A stretch of DNA of 64,000 bases, from contig OY760935.1 of assembly GCA_963664295.1 (NCBI GenBank), positions 1,024,001-1,088,000 of the forward strand. Direction: 5' to 3'. The notes beneath the pieces were generated by a model, which saw nothing but the letters and a program-made list of their open reading frames with translations, made no database searches and was not told the origin of the DNA. Source of the DNA: Candidatus Altimarinota bacterium (lineage in GTDB: Bacteria > Patescibacteriota > Gracilibacteria > CAIRYL01 > GCA-016699755). A program made the translations under genes and the position numbers. This document shows, piece by piece, positions 38,151 through 48,765 of this stretch (within the stretch, counting starts at the first letter, position 1; every line of letters begins with the position of its first letter).

Positions 38151-40688
38151 ATGAAAAATAATTTAACAATCAACACACAAAAGGTCATTGAAGCATCTCT
38201 TGCAATCGCAAAAGAAAACTTTAACCAAGAAGCTATAGTAGATCATTTATTATTGGCATTGATTTCACAAAAAGAAAGCGTGGTGCCAATTATTTTAAGA
38301 AAATTAAATATAAATTTAAATGGATTAGCAGGTGAATTAAGCCAAAATATTCAATTATTACCAAAAGTAGAAGATGTTGGTCAGCAATTTGTATCAACAG
38401 AATACAAAAAAATACTCGATCAAGCCGAAAAAGAAGCAAAAAAAATGGGCGATGAGTATATTTCCACAGAACATTTATTATTAGCTTTTGCTGATTTAGA
38501 TAATCCAATAATTAAAAAATACAACTTAGATAAAAATAAAATTTTAGAAATATTGAAAAACATAAGAGGAAATCAAAAAATCACAGATGATAGCCCAGAA
38601 TCAAAAATGCAAGCACTGGAAAAATACGCCCAAAATTTAACCAAAAGAGCAAAAGAAGGAAAAATAGACCCAGTTATTGGTCGAGATGAAGAAATTAGAA
38701 GAGTTATGCAAATTCTTTCTCGCAGAACAAAAAACAACCCAGTGCTAATAGGCGAGCCAGGCACAGGAAAGACAGCAATAGTTGAAGGCTTAGCCCTGCG
38801 TATTTTTCATGGTGATGTGCCAGAAACTTTAAAAAATAAAGAAGTAATTTCACTCGACCTTGGATTATTAGTAGCAGGCACAAAATATCGTGGTGAATTT
38901 GAAGACAGATTAAAAGCAATATTAAAAGAAGTTGAAAAAGCAGAGGGAAATATAATTATGTTTATTGATGAGCTCCATACAATAGTAGGAGCAGGTGCTG
39001 CTGAGGGGCAAATGGATGCTGCAAACATGATAAAACCACAGTTAGCTAGAGGAATTTTGAAAGTAATTGGAGCAACAACACTCAAGGAGTACCAGAAATA
39101 TATTGAAAAAGATGCCGCCTTAGAAAGGCGTTTTCAGCCTGTTTTTGTTGCTGAACCAACCCCAGAAGAAGCAATAGCTATATTAAGAGGAATTAAAGAA
39201 AAATTCGAAGTTCATCATGGTGTGCGCATAACAGATTCTGCAATAATTGCCTCAGTTGATTTATCCGTGCGTCATATTCCAGATAGATTTTTGCCAGATA
39301 AGGCAATTGACCTAATTGATGAAGCAACAAGCTCAATAAGGCTAGAAATAGAATCCTTACCAACAGCATTAGACCAAATAAAGCGTAAAATAATGCAAGC
39401 AGAGATAGAGCTCGAAGCATTAAAAAAAGACGAAGATGTAAAAAAAGAAATAGAAAAAATTAAAAAACAAATTGCAGACCTAAAAGAGGAAGAAAAAGCC
39501 CTTTCTCTTAAATGGCAAGAAGAAAAAAAGGTTTTAGAAAAAATTAAATCTAAAAAAGAAGAAGTAGATCAGTTAAAAATAGAAGCAGAAATGCTCGAAA
39601 AAAATGGAGACTTAAGAGGCGTAGCGGAAATAAGATATGGCAAATTGCCAAGCATAGAAAAAGAAATAGAAAAATTAAGCAAAAATTTAGATAAAGAAAA
39701 TAGCTTATTGCGCCAGGAAGTGACAGAAGAAGACATTGCGCGCGTGGTTTCTCGTTGGACAGGAATTCCAGTAGAAAAAATGCTCGAATCAGAAAGTGAA
39801 AAATTAACAAAAATGGAAGAATTTTTATCAAAAAGAGTGATAGGACAAAAGCAAGCAATTAAGGCAGTGTCAAATGCAGTGCGCAGAAATAGGGCAGGCA
39901 TAGGCGAAGAAGGCAGGCCAATAGGATCATTTTTATTTCTTGGTTCAACAGGAGTAGGAAAAACAGAGCTGGCAAAAACTTTAGCAGAATTTTTGTTTGA
40001 CGATGAAAAATCCATGGTTAGATTGGATATGAGTGAGTTTATGGAAAAACATTCAGTTTCTAAGCTGATTGGTTCACCCCCAGGTTATATTGGTTTTGAC
40101 GAAGGAGGTCAATTAACAGAAAAAATTCGCAGAAGACCATATTCAGTAGTTTTGTTTGATGAAATAGAAAAAGCACATCCAGATGTGCTTAATATTCTTT
40201 TGCAGATTATGGATGACGGGCGCCTCACAGACACAAAAGGTCGCACAGTAAGTTTTAAAAACACAGTAATTATAATGACTTCAAATGTTGGCTCTCATTT
40301 AATTACAGCTGAAAAATTGGAGCCAGTTGCTTTGGAAATGAAATATAAAGAAGAATTAAATAAATTTTTTAGACCGGAATTTTTAAACAGAATAGACGAA
40401 ATAATCACATTCCACACACTTCAGCCCGAAGAAATTCGACAAATTCTTAATTTACAAATAAATAATTTGGAAAAAAGACTATTCAAAAAAGGAATAAAAA
40501 TTGAAGTAAGTGATAAAGCAAAAGAATTATTGGCAAAAAAAGGCTATTCCCAAGTTTATGGCGCCAGACCACTAAAAAGATTAATTCAGACAGAATTAGA
40601 AAACCCAATAGCACTCAAAATTGTTGAAGGCAAAGCAGAGAAAAAGCTAAAAATAGATGAAAAAAAAGAAGAAATTGTAATCCAATAA
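38151..40688 (+). CDS. clpB: Chaperone ClpB
   Basis: Clp N domain, two AAA modules ([16 protein letters not shown]), long coiled-coil M domain with AEIRYG. Confidence 0.95.
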   Translation: MKNNLTINTQKVIEASLAIAKENFNQEAIVDHLLLALISQKESVVPIILRKLNINLNGLAGELSQNIQLLPKVEDVGQQFVSTEYKKILDQAEKEAKKMGDEYISTEHLLLAFADLDNPIIKKYNLDKNKILEILKNIRGNQKITDDSPESKMQALEKYAQNLTKRAKEGKIDPVIGRDEEIRRVMQILSRRTKNNPVLIGEPGTGKTAIVEGLALRIFHGDVPETLKNKEVISLDLGLLVAGTKYRGEFEDRLKAILKEVEKAEGNIIMFIDELHTIVGAGAAEGQMDAANMIKPQLARGILKVIGATTLKEYQKYIEKDAALERRFQPVFVAEPTPEEAIAILRGIKEKFEVHHGVRITDSAIIASVDLSVRHIPDRFLPDKAIDLIDEATSSIRLEIESLPTALDQIKRKIMQAEIELEALKKDEDVKKEIEKIKKQIADLKEEEKALSLKWQEEKKVLEKIKSKKEEVDQLKIEAEMLEKNGDLRGVAEIRYGKLPSIEKEIEKLSKNLDKENSLLRQEVTEEDIARVVSRWTGIPVEKMLESESEKLTKMEEFLSKRVIGQKQAIKAVSNAVRRNRAGIGEEGRPIGSFLFLGSTGVGKTELAKTLAEFLFDDEKSMVRLDMSEFMEKHSVSKLIGSPPGYIGFDEGGQLTEKIRRRPYSVVLFDEIEKAHPDVLNILLQIMDDGRLTDTKGRTVSFKNTVIIMTSNVGSHLITAEKLEPVALEMKYKEELNKFFRPEFLNRIDEIITFHTLQPEEIRQILNLQINNLEKRLFKKGIKIEVSDKAKELLAKKGYSQVYGARPLKRLIQTELENPIALKIVEGKAEKKLKIDEKKEEIVIQ

Positions 40689-40750
40689 TTTTTTTAGACA
40701 ATAAAAAAAAGAACTGCACACATTCTTTTTCTTTTATCAATTTAGTTGAA

Positions 40751-41002
40751 TTAGTCTCTTGGTCTTGCTTCGTTAACAACAAGAGCACGGCCATTTAATT
40801 CATAGCCATTTAATTCTTCGATAGCTTTGTCAGCATCTTCGTTATTAGTAAAGGTAACGAAGCCAAACCCTTTAGAACGTCCGGAAAATTTATCTTTCAA
40901 GATAATGTGATCTTCAATTTCACCATGTTGTTCAAATAAAGCTTTTAAGTCATCATCAGTTGTACTCCATTCAATATTTCCGATAAATAATTTTTTTGAC
41001 AT
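40751..41002 (-). CDS. RRM RNA-binding protein
   Basis: RNP2 LFIGNI, RNP1 KGFGFVTF, VNEARPR. Confidence 0.95.
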   Translation of the reverse strand: MSKKLFIGNIEWSTTDDDLKALFEQHGEIEDHIILKDKFSGRSKGFGFVTFTNNEDADKAIEELNGYELNGRALVVNEARPRD

Positions 41003-41229
41003 ATTTTTTAATTTAAAAAGTAATTATTCACAAACTTATTTCTTTTGAAATACTAACTAAACTGTGCACTTTTAACCTGAAGTATTTTTTAAAGATTTAA
41101 AGTTTGTTGTTTAACTATAAACAAGTTTTCATAAAAAGCAAGAAATAAAAAAAATAAATTTTTTAAAACAAAAAACTGTTAATTCATAAGTTTATTTAAT
41201 ACAATAAAAATTGATTTTTTATAAAAATA

Positions 41230-42975
41230 ATGTGCGGAATTTTTGCAGTTTCAGGAAAAGAAGAAAACGCAGGCGAGGTAGTTCTAAAGGGATTAAAACT
41301 ACTCGAATACAGAGGTTATGACTCTTGGGGAGTAAGCGTAAAAAAAGCAGATCAGGCAACAGAAGTAAAAAAGAATATTGGAAAAATATCCAAAGTTTCC
41401 TGTGATTTTGTCGCAGGAACAGAAGCAATGGGGCATTCCCGCTGGGCAACACATGGCGGAGTGACCAAAAAAAACGCCCATCCACACAAAGTTGGCAAAG
41501 TGACCATAGTCCACAACGGTATTTTTGAAAATTACTTAGAAGTCAAAAAAGAATATCCAAAACATACCTGTGTCTCAGAAACAGATACAGAAATAATCGC
41601 AGTATGCATCAATGACCTCATAGAAAAAGGCAAGAAGCCATTAGACGCAATTCGACAAACAGCAAAAAAAATCACAGGTCGATTTGCAATATTAGTCATG
41701 ATAGATGGAACAGAAGGGATTTATGGCGCGCGCCGAGGCTCACCACTAATTATAGGCAGAGGCAAAAAAGAAACCTTTATCGCCTCCGATATTCCAGCAT
41801 TTTTAGAGAAAACCAATACAGTAAATTATCTCGATGACAATGAAATGGTTTATATTAAAAATGGCGAAGCAATTTTTTATGATTTACTTAATGGAAAAGA
41901 GATAAAAAAACGCAATATAGCAGTGCAATGGAGCAACACAGAAGCAGAAAAAGGAGATTATCCCCACTTCATGATTAAGGAGATATTTGACCAAAAAGAT
42001 ACAATCACTAGAGCAATAAATCACCCAGATACAGAAATAAAGAAATTCATTAAAATATTACAGAAAGCCAATGGAGCATATTTTATAGCCTGTGGCACAG
42101 CACATAAAGTAGCCATGTCAGCAGAGTATTTTTTTACAGAAATATCCGGCAGAAAAATAAATGTAGTGCCTGCCTCCGAAATGAAGTATTTTGAAAGATT
42201 TATCAACAAAAAAACAGCCATGATCGCAATTTCTCAATCAGGAGAAACAGCCGATGTGCTTGAGTCGCTCGAAAATGGAAAGAAAAAAGGCGCAAAAATA
42301 CTTTCCATGACCAATGTCGAAAGTTCTTCAATTGCTCGCATTTCCAACGCACATTTACCAATAAACGCAGGACCAGAAAAAGCAGTAGCATCAACAAAAG
42401 CTGCCACAGCACAAATGGCACTTTGTTTATTGCTCGCTTATGCAGATGCAGGCAAATTAAATCAGGGAAAACAAATCCTCAATATAACAGCTGGCAGTAT
42501 CAACGACATGCTCAACCCAAGATATGAAAACTTAATCCGTAAAATTGCCAAAAAAATCGTAAATAATAAAAATTTATTCATCATTGGCAGAGGTAGCTTA
42601 TATGCAATGGCGTTGGAGTCAGCAATAAAAATACAAGAAGTTTCATACATAAATGCACAAGGATTTGCAGCAGGAGAACTAAAACACGGACCAATAGCAT
42701 TGATAGAAAAAAACACCCCCTGTGTTGTTTTGGGAGACGACATGGAAACAATCTCCAATGCAATAGAATTAAAAGCCAGAGGAGCAAAAATAATCGGCAT
42801 AGCACCAAAAAAGGCCGAGGTTTTTGACGAATGGATAAAAGTGCCAGATTGTCAATCAGGTCAGGCAATAGCTACAATAATCCCAGTGCAGATTTTGGCT
42901 TATCATTTAGCTGTTTTGCGCTCACTAGATCCAGACATGCCAAGAAACTTAGCTAAGTCTGTGACGGTGAAGTAG
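41230..42975 (+). CDS. glmS: Glutamine--fructose-6-phosphate transaminase
   Basis: MCGI, LEYRGYDS, HSRWATHG, SQSGET, ELKHGP, PRNLAKSVTV. Confidence 0.98.
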   Translation: MCGIFAVSGKEENAGEVVLKGLKLLEYRGYDSWGVSVKKADQATEVKKNIGKISKVSCDFVAGTEAMGHSRWATHGGVTKKNAHPHKVGKVTIVHNGIFENYLEVKKEYPKHTCVSETDTEIIAVCINDLIEKGKKPLDAIRQTAKKITGRFAILVMIDGTEGIYGARRGSPLIIGRGKKETFIASDIPAFLEKTNTVNYLDDNEMVYIKNGEAIFYDLLNGKEIKKRNIAVQWSNTEAEKGDYPHFMIKEIFDQKDTITRAINHPDTEIKKFIKILQKANGAYFIACGTAHKVAMSAEYFFTEISGRKINVVPASEMKYFERFINKKTAMIAISQSGETADVLESLENGKKKGAKILSMTNVESSSIARISNAHLPINAGPEKAVASTKAATAQMALCLLLAYADAGKLNQGKQILNITAGSINDMLNPRYENLIRKIAKKIVNNKNLFIIGRGSLYAMALESAIKIQEVSYINAQGFAAGELKHGPIALIEKNTPCVVLGDDMETISNAIELKARGAKIIGIAPKKAEVFDEWIKVPDCQSGQAIATIIPVQILAYHLAVLRSLDPDMPRNLAKSVTVK

Positions 42976-43702
42976 GGGTGACTTCTGCAGAAAGTTCTTT
43001 TCGCATCAAAATAATTATTTCATCTATTTTACTGTTAATATTTTTCATAATTTTTTCAGAATCCATTTTGTTTACAAAAATTAATTCTTGAGCACTATTG
43101 AATTCTTCTATTAAGTAGTCAATTTTTTCACATAGTGTTTTTGAGAAGTAAATTTTGTTCATATAAAAGTATCTATGCATTTCTGGGATAACCTGAGTTA
43201 ATGTTAAAAATTGTATTAATTTTGTAGCATCCATTATTTTTTTGTACTCTTTGTCTTTTTTGTCTTCTGGTGCTATTGACCAATTTTCTATAGTTTTTTC
43301 AAAGTTTACAATTGTTTGCTTATCGTTATATTCTTTTATTTTGTTGAGACCAATACTTTGAAATGGTTTTTGAGTTGAATCTTGGTTATGAAGTAGTGCT
43401 TGAATTAACACTATTTTTTCTAGAAGCTCTAAATAAGATTTGTGTTTTTTGTGAACATAAACATTATAGTCTGTAATTTGACGATTATAATAATGTCCAA
43501 TAGACAAATAGTGTTTGTTAATTTTTTTCTCAATTTGCTCCCTAATGTTTCCCTCTAAGGATAAATAATGTTCATCAATTTTTTTTTGAACTCTTGTGTT
43601 AATTTGTCCTCTTAAGTTTTCTTTAAAGTAAAATTCATATAGTCCCCATATGGCAGACGCAGTTGTAAATAGAGATATTCCCAAGTATTTTAAGAGTTCC
43701 AT
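42953..43702 (-). CDS. Hypothetical protein with N-terminal TM
   Basis: 249-aa ORF, very AT-rich, internal near-repeat KKIDEHYLSL/KKINKHYLSI. Confidence 0.6.
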   Translation of the reverse strand: MELLKYLGISLFTTASAIWGLYEFYFKENLRGQINTRVQKKIDEHYLSLEGNIREQIEKKINKHYLSIGHYYNRQITDYNVYVHKKHKSYLELLEKIVLIQALLHNQDSTQKPFQSIGLNKIKEYNDKQTIVNFEKTIENWSIAPEDKKDKEYKKIMDATKLIQFLTLTQVIPEMHRYFYMNKIYFSKTLCEKIDYLIEEFNSAQELIFVNKMDSEKIMKNINSKIDEIIILMRKELSAEVTPTSPSQT

Positions 43703-43757
43703 TTTATAGTAAAATTTATATTTTAATTATACTTTTTAATATATAAAGTACAAATAA

Positions 43758-44146
43758 AGAGCGGGATGCTTATTTTTTCGGAGCTTTGCTCCTCAAAAAC
43801 AAGGCCTTCTGCGCTCGCTCGGAATTTTGCACAAGCGCAAATTCTCTCGCTCGCTTGAGTGTCGAACCCGAGGCTTCTTATCAAGCCACTTCTTTGCCAT
43901 TATTAAAAATTTTGCCCCCATCAGGGCAAACTTTTTAATGGCGGAGAGAGCGGGATGCTTATTTTTTCGGAGCTTTGCTCCTCAAAAACAAGGCCTTCTG
44001 CGCTCGCTCGGAATTTTGCACAAGCGCAAATTCTCTCGCTCGCTTGAGTGTCGAACCCGAGGCTTCGTATCAAGCCACTTCTTTGCCATTATTAAAAATT
44101 TTGCCCCCATCAGGGCAAACTTTTTAATGGCGGAGAGAGCGGGATT
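43758..44146 (-). repeat. Two 189-bp RtT-like units downstream of tRNA-Ser, each carrying a split copy of the tRNA T-arm/3' end
   Basis: TGGCGGAGAGAGCGGGAT at 43939 and 44128; partial end at 43758; units nearly identical. Confidence 0.92.
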
Positions 44147-44220
44147 CGAACCCGCGGATCCGGTATAACCGAATCAACACATTAGCAGTGTGCCGCTTTC
44201 GACCACTCAGCCATCTCTCC
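44128..44220 (-). tRNA. tRNA-Ser(GCT)
   Basis: Reverse complement GGAGAGATGGCTGAGTGG...GCACA-CTGCTAA-TGTGT, long variable arm, GGTTCGAATCC, CCA. Confidence 0.97.
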
Positions 44221-44248
44221 GTAATATTATGTTGTTAATGTTTCATCT

Positions 44249-44383
44249 GCACACTGCTTGTTGCGTGTGCCCCTATCTAGATACACTCAGCCATCTCTCC
44301 GTACTTTGTAAAAATATTAATGTTCTGTTCGGCACACTGCTTGTTGCGTGTGCCCCTATCTAGATACACTCAGCCATCTCTCC
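44249..44383 (-). repeat. Two identical 52-bp repeats upstream of tRNA-Ser containing the tRNA 5' 17 nt, separated by divergent 28-31 bp spacers
   Basis: GCACACTGCTTGTTGCGTGTGCCCCTATCTAGATACACTCAGCCATCTCTCC at 44249-44300 and 44332-44383. Confidence 0.92.
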
Positions 44384-44493
44384 ACATTTTTAACGAGCAG
44401 AGATATTTTGCCGAAATTTTTATTCACAATCAAGCCTGATTTGCTATATTCGCTGATCCATGAGAAAATCAAGGCAGAAATTTTGCAAAAAAC

Positions 44494-45768
44494 ATGGAAC
44501 AAATACAAAAGGTTCACGCTAGAGAGGTGTTGGACTCCCGTGGTAATCCCACGGTTGAGGTTGAGGTGAGCCTGCTTTCTGGTATAAAAGCTTCAGCAAT
44601 AGTGCCGAGCGGTGCTTCAACTGGTTCGCATGAGGCTGTGGAGCTTCGTGATGGTGATGAAAAACGCTATCTTGGCAAAGGTGTCTTACATGCTATTAAC
44701 AATGTAAATACTACTATTTCTGACGCTATTGAAGGCTTGGATCCAACTAGACAAGAAGATATAGATAATAAACTCATTGAGCTTGATGGCACTAAAAACA
44801 AAAGAAAGCTTGGTGCTAACGCTATTCTTGGGGCTTCTCTTGCTGTTGCTAAATCTGCGGCTATAAGTAGAAGAACTAATTTATTTCAACATTTCGCCAA
44901 TCTTGGCAGAAAAGGTTTTGCCACTCTTTTGCCTACTCCGCTGATGAATATTATCAATGGTGGTGTGCATGCGGATAGTGGTTTGGATATTCAAGAGTTT
45001 ATGCTTGTGCCTACTGGTGCAGAGAGTTTTTCTGAAGCTTTGCAAATTGGTGCAGAAACTTTTCATACTTTGAAGCAGATTTTAAAAGAAAAAAAGCAAG
45101 TGACGGCTGTTGGTGACGAGGGAGGTTTTGCTCCTCATCTTAAGAAAAATGAAGAGGCAATTGAGATTATTCTTGAGGCTGCCAAAAAAGCAGGTCATCT
45201 TAAAAAAGTTCAGATTGCGCTTGATGTTGCGGCTAGTGAATTTTATGATGCTGAGTCTGGTAAGTATAATTTTGCTGGCAAAAAGAAAAAACCAGAAGAT
45301 ATGGTTAAGTTTTATAAAGATTTAGCGAAAAAATACCCTATTATTTCAATTGAAGATCCTTTTGCAGAAGATGATTTTGAATCTACTGCTTTATTGACTA
45401 AAGAAATTGGCAAAAAAGTACAGATTGTTGGTGATGATCTTTTTGTCACCAATATTCAAAGATTAGAAGAGGGCATTAACAAGGAGGCGGGTAATTCTAT
45501 TTTAATTAAGTTAAATCAAATTGGTACAGTGACGGAAACTATGAAAGCTGTGGAAATGGCTCATAAGGCTGGTTGGACTGCAGTTGTTTCCCATAGGAGT
45601 GGCGAAACTGAAGATACAACAATAGCGGATTTGGCAGTTGGTCTTAGCACTGGTCAAATTAAAACTGGTTCTCTTTGTCGCTCTGAGCGTATTGCAAAAT
45701 ACAATCAATTACTACGAATTGAAGAATTTTTAGCTGGTAAGGCAACTTATCAGGGAAAAATTAAATAA
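44494..45768 (+). CDS. eno: Enolase
   Basis: [46 protein letters not shown]. Confidence 0.98.
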   Translation: MEQIQKVHAREVLDSRGNPTVEVEVSLLSGIKASAIVPSGASTGSHEAVELRDGDEKRYLGKGVLHAINNVNTTISDAIEGLDPTRQEDIDNKLIELDGTKNKRKLGANAILGASLAVAKSAAISRRTNLFQHFANLGRKGFATLLPTPLMNIINGGVHADSGLDIQEFMLVPTGAESFSEALQIGAETFHTLKQILKEKKQVTAVGDEGGFAPHLKKNEEAIEIILEAAKKAGHLKKVQIALDVAASEFYDAESGKYNFAGKKKKPEDMVKFYKDLAKKYPIISIEDPFAEDDFESTALLTKEIGKKVQIVGDDLFVTNIQRLEEGINKEAGNSILIKLNQIGTVTETMKAVEMAHKAGWTAVVSHRSGETEDTTIADLAVGLSTGQIKTGSLCRSERIAKYNQLLRIEEFLAGKATYQGKIK

Positions 45769-45987
45769 AAAAAGACCCACTTATTTAAGTGGGCCGAGAG
45801 TCAACGCTCACATATCGCTGGGAGGGGGGTAGTTTTTCCACGATATGCATTTGCGCCATCAGAAGCCCTACATGGGCTTCATCTGAGGTGTTTTGTTGCA
45901 AAAGGGGGCAACAAAAACCCAGACTCTCGGCCCAACAGGCTTAGTTATTTTCGCTTTAAAAGATCACACTCTATTAAAAGAGTGTGA
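45767..45987. ncRNA. Candidate structured non-coding RNA (13-bp closing stem plus three internal hairpins), family unknown
   Basis: TGGGCCGAGAGTC (45790-45802) pairs with GACTCTCGGCCCA (45922-45934) and encloses three hairpins; GC-rich in AT-rich context. Confidence 0.55.
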
Positions 45988-46023
45988 CATTTAATCATAG
46001 AAACATTTTTTTGTCAAGGGTTT

Positions 46024-47262
46024 TTATCTGCTAACGAATTTTTTTACCATTTTTTTAATTTTATTTTCAAAAATATCCTTTTTTGTTTGTCGAAAACATA
46101 GGCCTAAAACAAGCGCCAAAATTACCATTCCTGCATGAATAGTAATTAAAAAATGATCAAATAAGCCAAAAATAAAAATAGTTATTAATAAGCTTTTTGT
46201 TTCATTATTTTTATAGGCTAAATAAAAAATAACTAAGAAAATTAGTCCAGCAAGGGAACCGTTTTCATTGCCAATAAGTAAGAAAATATTATGTACTGGT
46301 TGATAAAGCCAAGTTTCCATTGCTGGCATATTTAAAATAAAGTTTTTTATTCCTACGCCCCAAGGAAATAAGTACATCATGCCAACAGATATTTTTGCTA
46401 GCTTTAAGCGTTCTGTGAGCGAATTATTTAAATGTAGCCTGCTGATCACTAGCTCTCTTGCTTCTGGAATAATTAAAATAATTCCAATTAACAAAATAAT
46501 TCCAATTAACACTTTTCTGGTGTTTTTTCTTTCAATTAGAATACCGCTTAAAAAAGCCACAAAGCCTATTCTGGAAAAAGTGAGCGCAAGTGGCACTAAC
46601 AGTAGCCATTTAAGATGTCTAAGGCTATTTTTAATATTTTTTGCTAAAAAAAAGGTAATTACCAAAAAGCAGGCAAAAATATTAGGGTGCAAAAAAGTGC
46701 CAGTTGCTCTTAGATATAATTCATTATTTACTATTAACTTTGGGCTACCTGCATTTTTTAAGTCCATTGGCTGTTCCCCGATTAAGCCAAGACCAATATC
46801 ATGCCCGCCAATAAACTGAAAAACACCAATAATTCCTTGAAAAAGAGCAATAAGTAAAAATATTTTTGCTATTTTTTCTTTTGAATAATTAGAAATTGCA
46901 ATAAAAATTCCAATAAAAATAATTTCAATCAATTTTAATGTACCAAAATAAGCAATTATTTGGCTTTTTGCAAAAAATACTCCAATTAAACTACTTAATA
47001 AAAATAATATTAATAAAAAACTTACAGAATTTTTTATTTTTAAACTTTTTTTGCTAAAAGCAAAGAAAATAAAAGCAGGAATTATAAAAAATTCACTAAT
47101 TTCAAAAAAAATAGTGAGATATTCCGAGAAAAGACCAGTAATAAAAGAATTATTTTCATATAAAACCTTTCTTATTGGAAAAGTAAAGCTTATTAAGAAT
47201 AAGCTAAAAAAGAAATAAGATATTTTTTCTGCTAAAAATTTATTTTCTTTTTTCACGATCAA
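46024..47262 (-). CDS. O-antigen ligase family membrane protein
   Basis: Multi-TM; RATGTFLHPN, TFSR, GVG..NF, PVHNIFL...E.G motifs. Confidence 0.85.
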   Translation of the reverse strand: MIVKKENKFLAEKISYFFFSLFLISFTFPIRKVLYENNSFITGLFSEYLTIFFEISEFFIIPAFIFFAFSKKSLKIKNSVSFLLILFLLSSLIGVFFAKSQIIAYFGTLKLIEIIFIGIFIAISNYSKEKIAKIFLLIALFQGIIGVFQFIGGHDIGLGLIGEQPMDLKNAGSPKLIVNNELYLRATGTFLHPNIFACFLVITFFLAKNIKNSLRHLKWLLLVPLALTFSRIGFVAFLSGILIERKNTRKVLIGIILLIGIILIIPEARELVISRLHLNNSLTERLKLAKISVGMMYLFPWGVGIKNFILNMPAMETWLYQPVHNIFLLIGNENGSLAGLIFLVIFYLAYKNNETKSLLITIFIFGLFDHFLITIHAGMVILALVLGLCFRQTKKDIFENKIKKMVKKFVSR

Positions 47263-47298
47263 TATTTTCTGTTTTTTTTAAGAATAATTCAATCTTAT

Positions 47299-48765
47299 TT
47301 ATTCAATTTCTTCGCAAACTGTGTCTATGAGTGGGTCTGATTTTTTCTTAATTACACAATCCATTCTTTTTTGTGCTAGTTGCAATGCAGATTCTGATGT
47401 TGATTTTGATTTTGCAACTGAATCGATTGCCTCTGAAAAAATTGTATTAAATGTTTTTTCATCAATTGGTTGTAGGCTTTTTGCATATGAAGCTTGTCTG
47501 GCAAACACTCCAAAAAGACTTTCTACAGACTGATCATCAACCATGTCCATTCTGGAGGTTGGTTTATGTGTTTGTTCATGGTAGTCCTGTAGGCTTTCTG
47601 GTGATGCCAAAAAGCTGATAAATTCCCAGGCTATGTCAGCATGTTCTGAGTTTCTGGAGACAGTAAGGGGGTAATAGCTAGCAAAGGCATCACGCTTGCC
47701 AGAGCGTTCAGGGTCAACGAGCTGAGGAACAACCGCAATACCCACATCTTCTAGTGCAATATGGCTTTCTCCGCTTTTTTGCGCAGCTTGAATTTGTAAA
47801 TCAATTTCATCATAAAGCCAAGAATAGCCAAAAATCATAGCTGTTTTTCCTTTTACAAAAACACCAACTTCTTTTTCGTCTTTAAAAAAACTGGTTATGA
47901 GATTGTTCCAGGAATAATTTTTATAACTTGATAAAGCAAAACTTGTATAGAGTTTTAATGCTTCAACTCCTCTGTAATATGGCTTACCAGTGCCCTCTAT
48001 TGTTCCTTGTTGTTCTGCAAATTTTGCTCTTTTGCCATCTTCACTATATAGCTCTGTGTCATGTTGTATTAAAAGCAGAGAAAGAATATCTATTGATCTG
48101 CTAATATTATCTGCTCTGCCCATAGCAATACCAGAAACAGCAAATCGCTCAATAGAATTATCGCTTTTAGTAAGTGCGTAAACTTGTTCTTTTAAGTCTT
48201 CCCAATTATCAGCCGGTTTATCTGTTGAAGGAATGTTGTCTCTGAACAATTGTTTATTGTAATAAATTGCAAGAGTGTCTATATAAAGCGGTATTCCATA
48301 TATTTGTTCGAGACCGTCTTCATCTTCTAAAATTAAATCATCAGAAGCTACAGAGAAAAATAAATCCCTAAATTCTTCTGGCACAATTAAGTTTGCTGGC
48401 ACAGGACTAATTTTTTTTTGATGTTCTTTTACTTTTGTATTTTTAATTGAAAAAATATCCGGACCTTCGCCTTCTGCAAGCTCATTGATCAATAATTTTT
48501 CAAATTCATCTGCATTTGTAAACTTTTTACAAGTAATTTTATAGCCAGGATTTTGACTTTGAAATTCTTGTATTTGTCCCTTAAAAGTATCGCAGGGGTC
48601 AAATAAGTTCCACCAAACAATTTCTATTGTTTCTCCGCTTATCGGTTGTGCCCCACCTTCTTCCTCTTCTCCTTTTTTGCGACAAGCAGAAAGAGGTGTG
48701 ACTAAGGCAACTGTTAAAATAATACTTATAAATAATTTGATTTTTTTCATTTTATTTTGCGCCAT
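47299..48765 (-). CDS. Extracellular solute-binding lipoprotein (family 1)
   Basis: LSAC lipobox, GEGPDIF, YGIPLYIDTLAIYYNK, F.KGK.AM. Confidence 0.85.
   Translation of the reverse strand: MAQNKMKKIKLFISIILTVALVTPLSACRKKGEEEEGGAQPISGETIEIVWWNLFDPCDTFKGQIQEFQSQNPGYKITCKKFTNADEFEKLLINELAEGEGPDIFSIKNTKVKEHQKKISPVPANLIVPEEFRDLFFSVASDDLILEDEDGLEQIYGIPLYIDTLAIYYNKQLFRDNIPSTDKPADNWEDLKEQVYALTKSDNSIERFAVSGIAMGRADNISRSIDILSLLLIQHDTELYSEDGKRAKFAEQQGTIEGTGKPYYRGVEALKLYTSFALSSYKNYSWNNLITSFFKDEKEVGVFVKGKTAMIFGYSWLYDEIDLQIQAAQKSGESHIALEDVGIAVVPQLVDPERSGKRDAFASYYPLTVSRNSEHADIAWEFISFLASPESLQDYHEQTHKPTSRMDMVDDQSVESLFGVFARQASYAKSLQPIDEKTFNTIFSEAIDSVAKSKSTSESALQLAQKRMDCVIKKKSDPLIDTVCEEIE

Noticed and set aside
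41003-41229. glmS ribozyme upstream of glmS; also FMN, ZTP and lysine riboswitches before ribBA, purH and lysC
   Set aside because: Leaders are short or very AT-rich and lack the conserved cores
43827-44168. 113-aa ORF with an internally repeated peptide
   Set aside because: Translation of the 189-bp repeat and antisense tRNA with a TTG start; the open frame may simply follow from 189 being a multiple of 3. A small basic peptide cannot be formally excluded
44221-44383. Mini-CRISPR (52-bp repeats with ~30-bp spacers)
   Set aside because: Only two repeats, the repeat is tRNA-derived, the spacers resemble each other (GTA...TAATGTT), and no cas genes are present
41024-44428. oriC suggested by TTATTCACA near-DnaA boxes (41024, 44420)
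   Set aside because: Isolated one-mismatch boxes, not clustered, and no dnaA/dnaN nearby
44348-44569. 73-aa ORF in the track
   Set aside because: Spans the repeat and runs out of frame into eno
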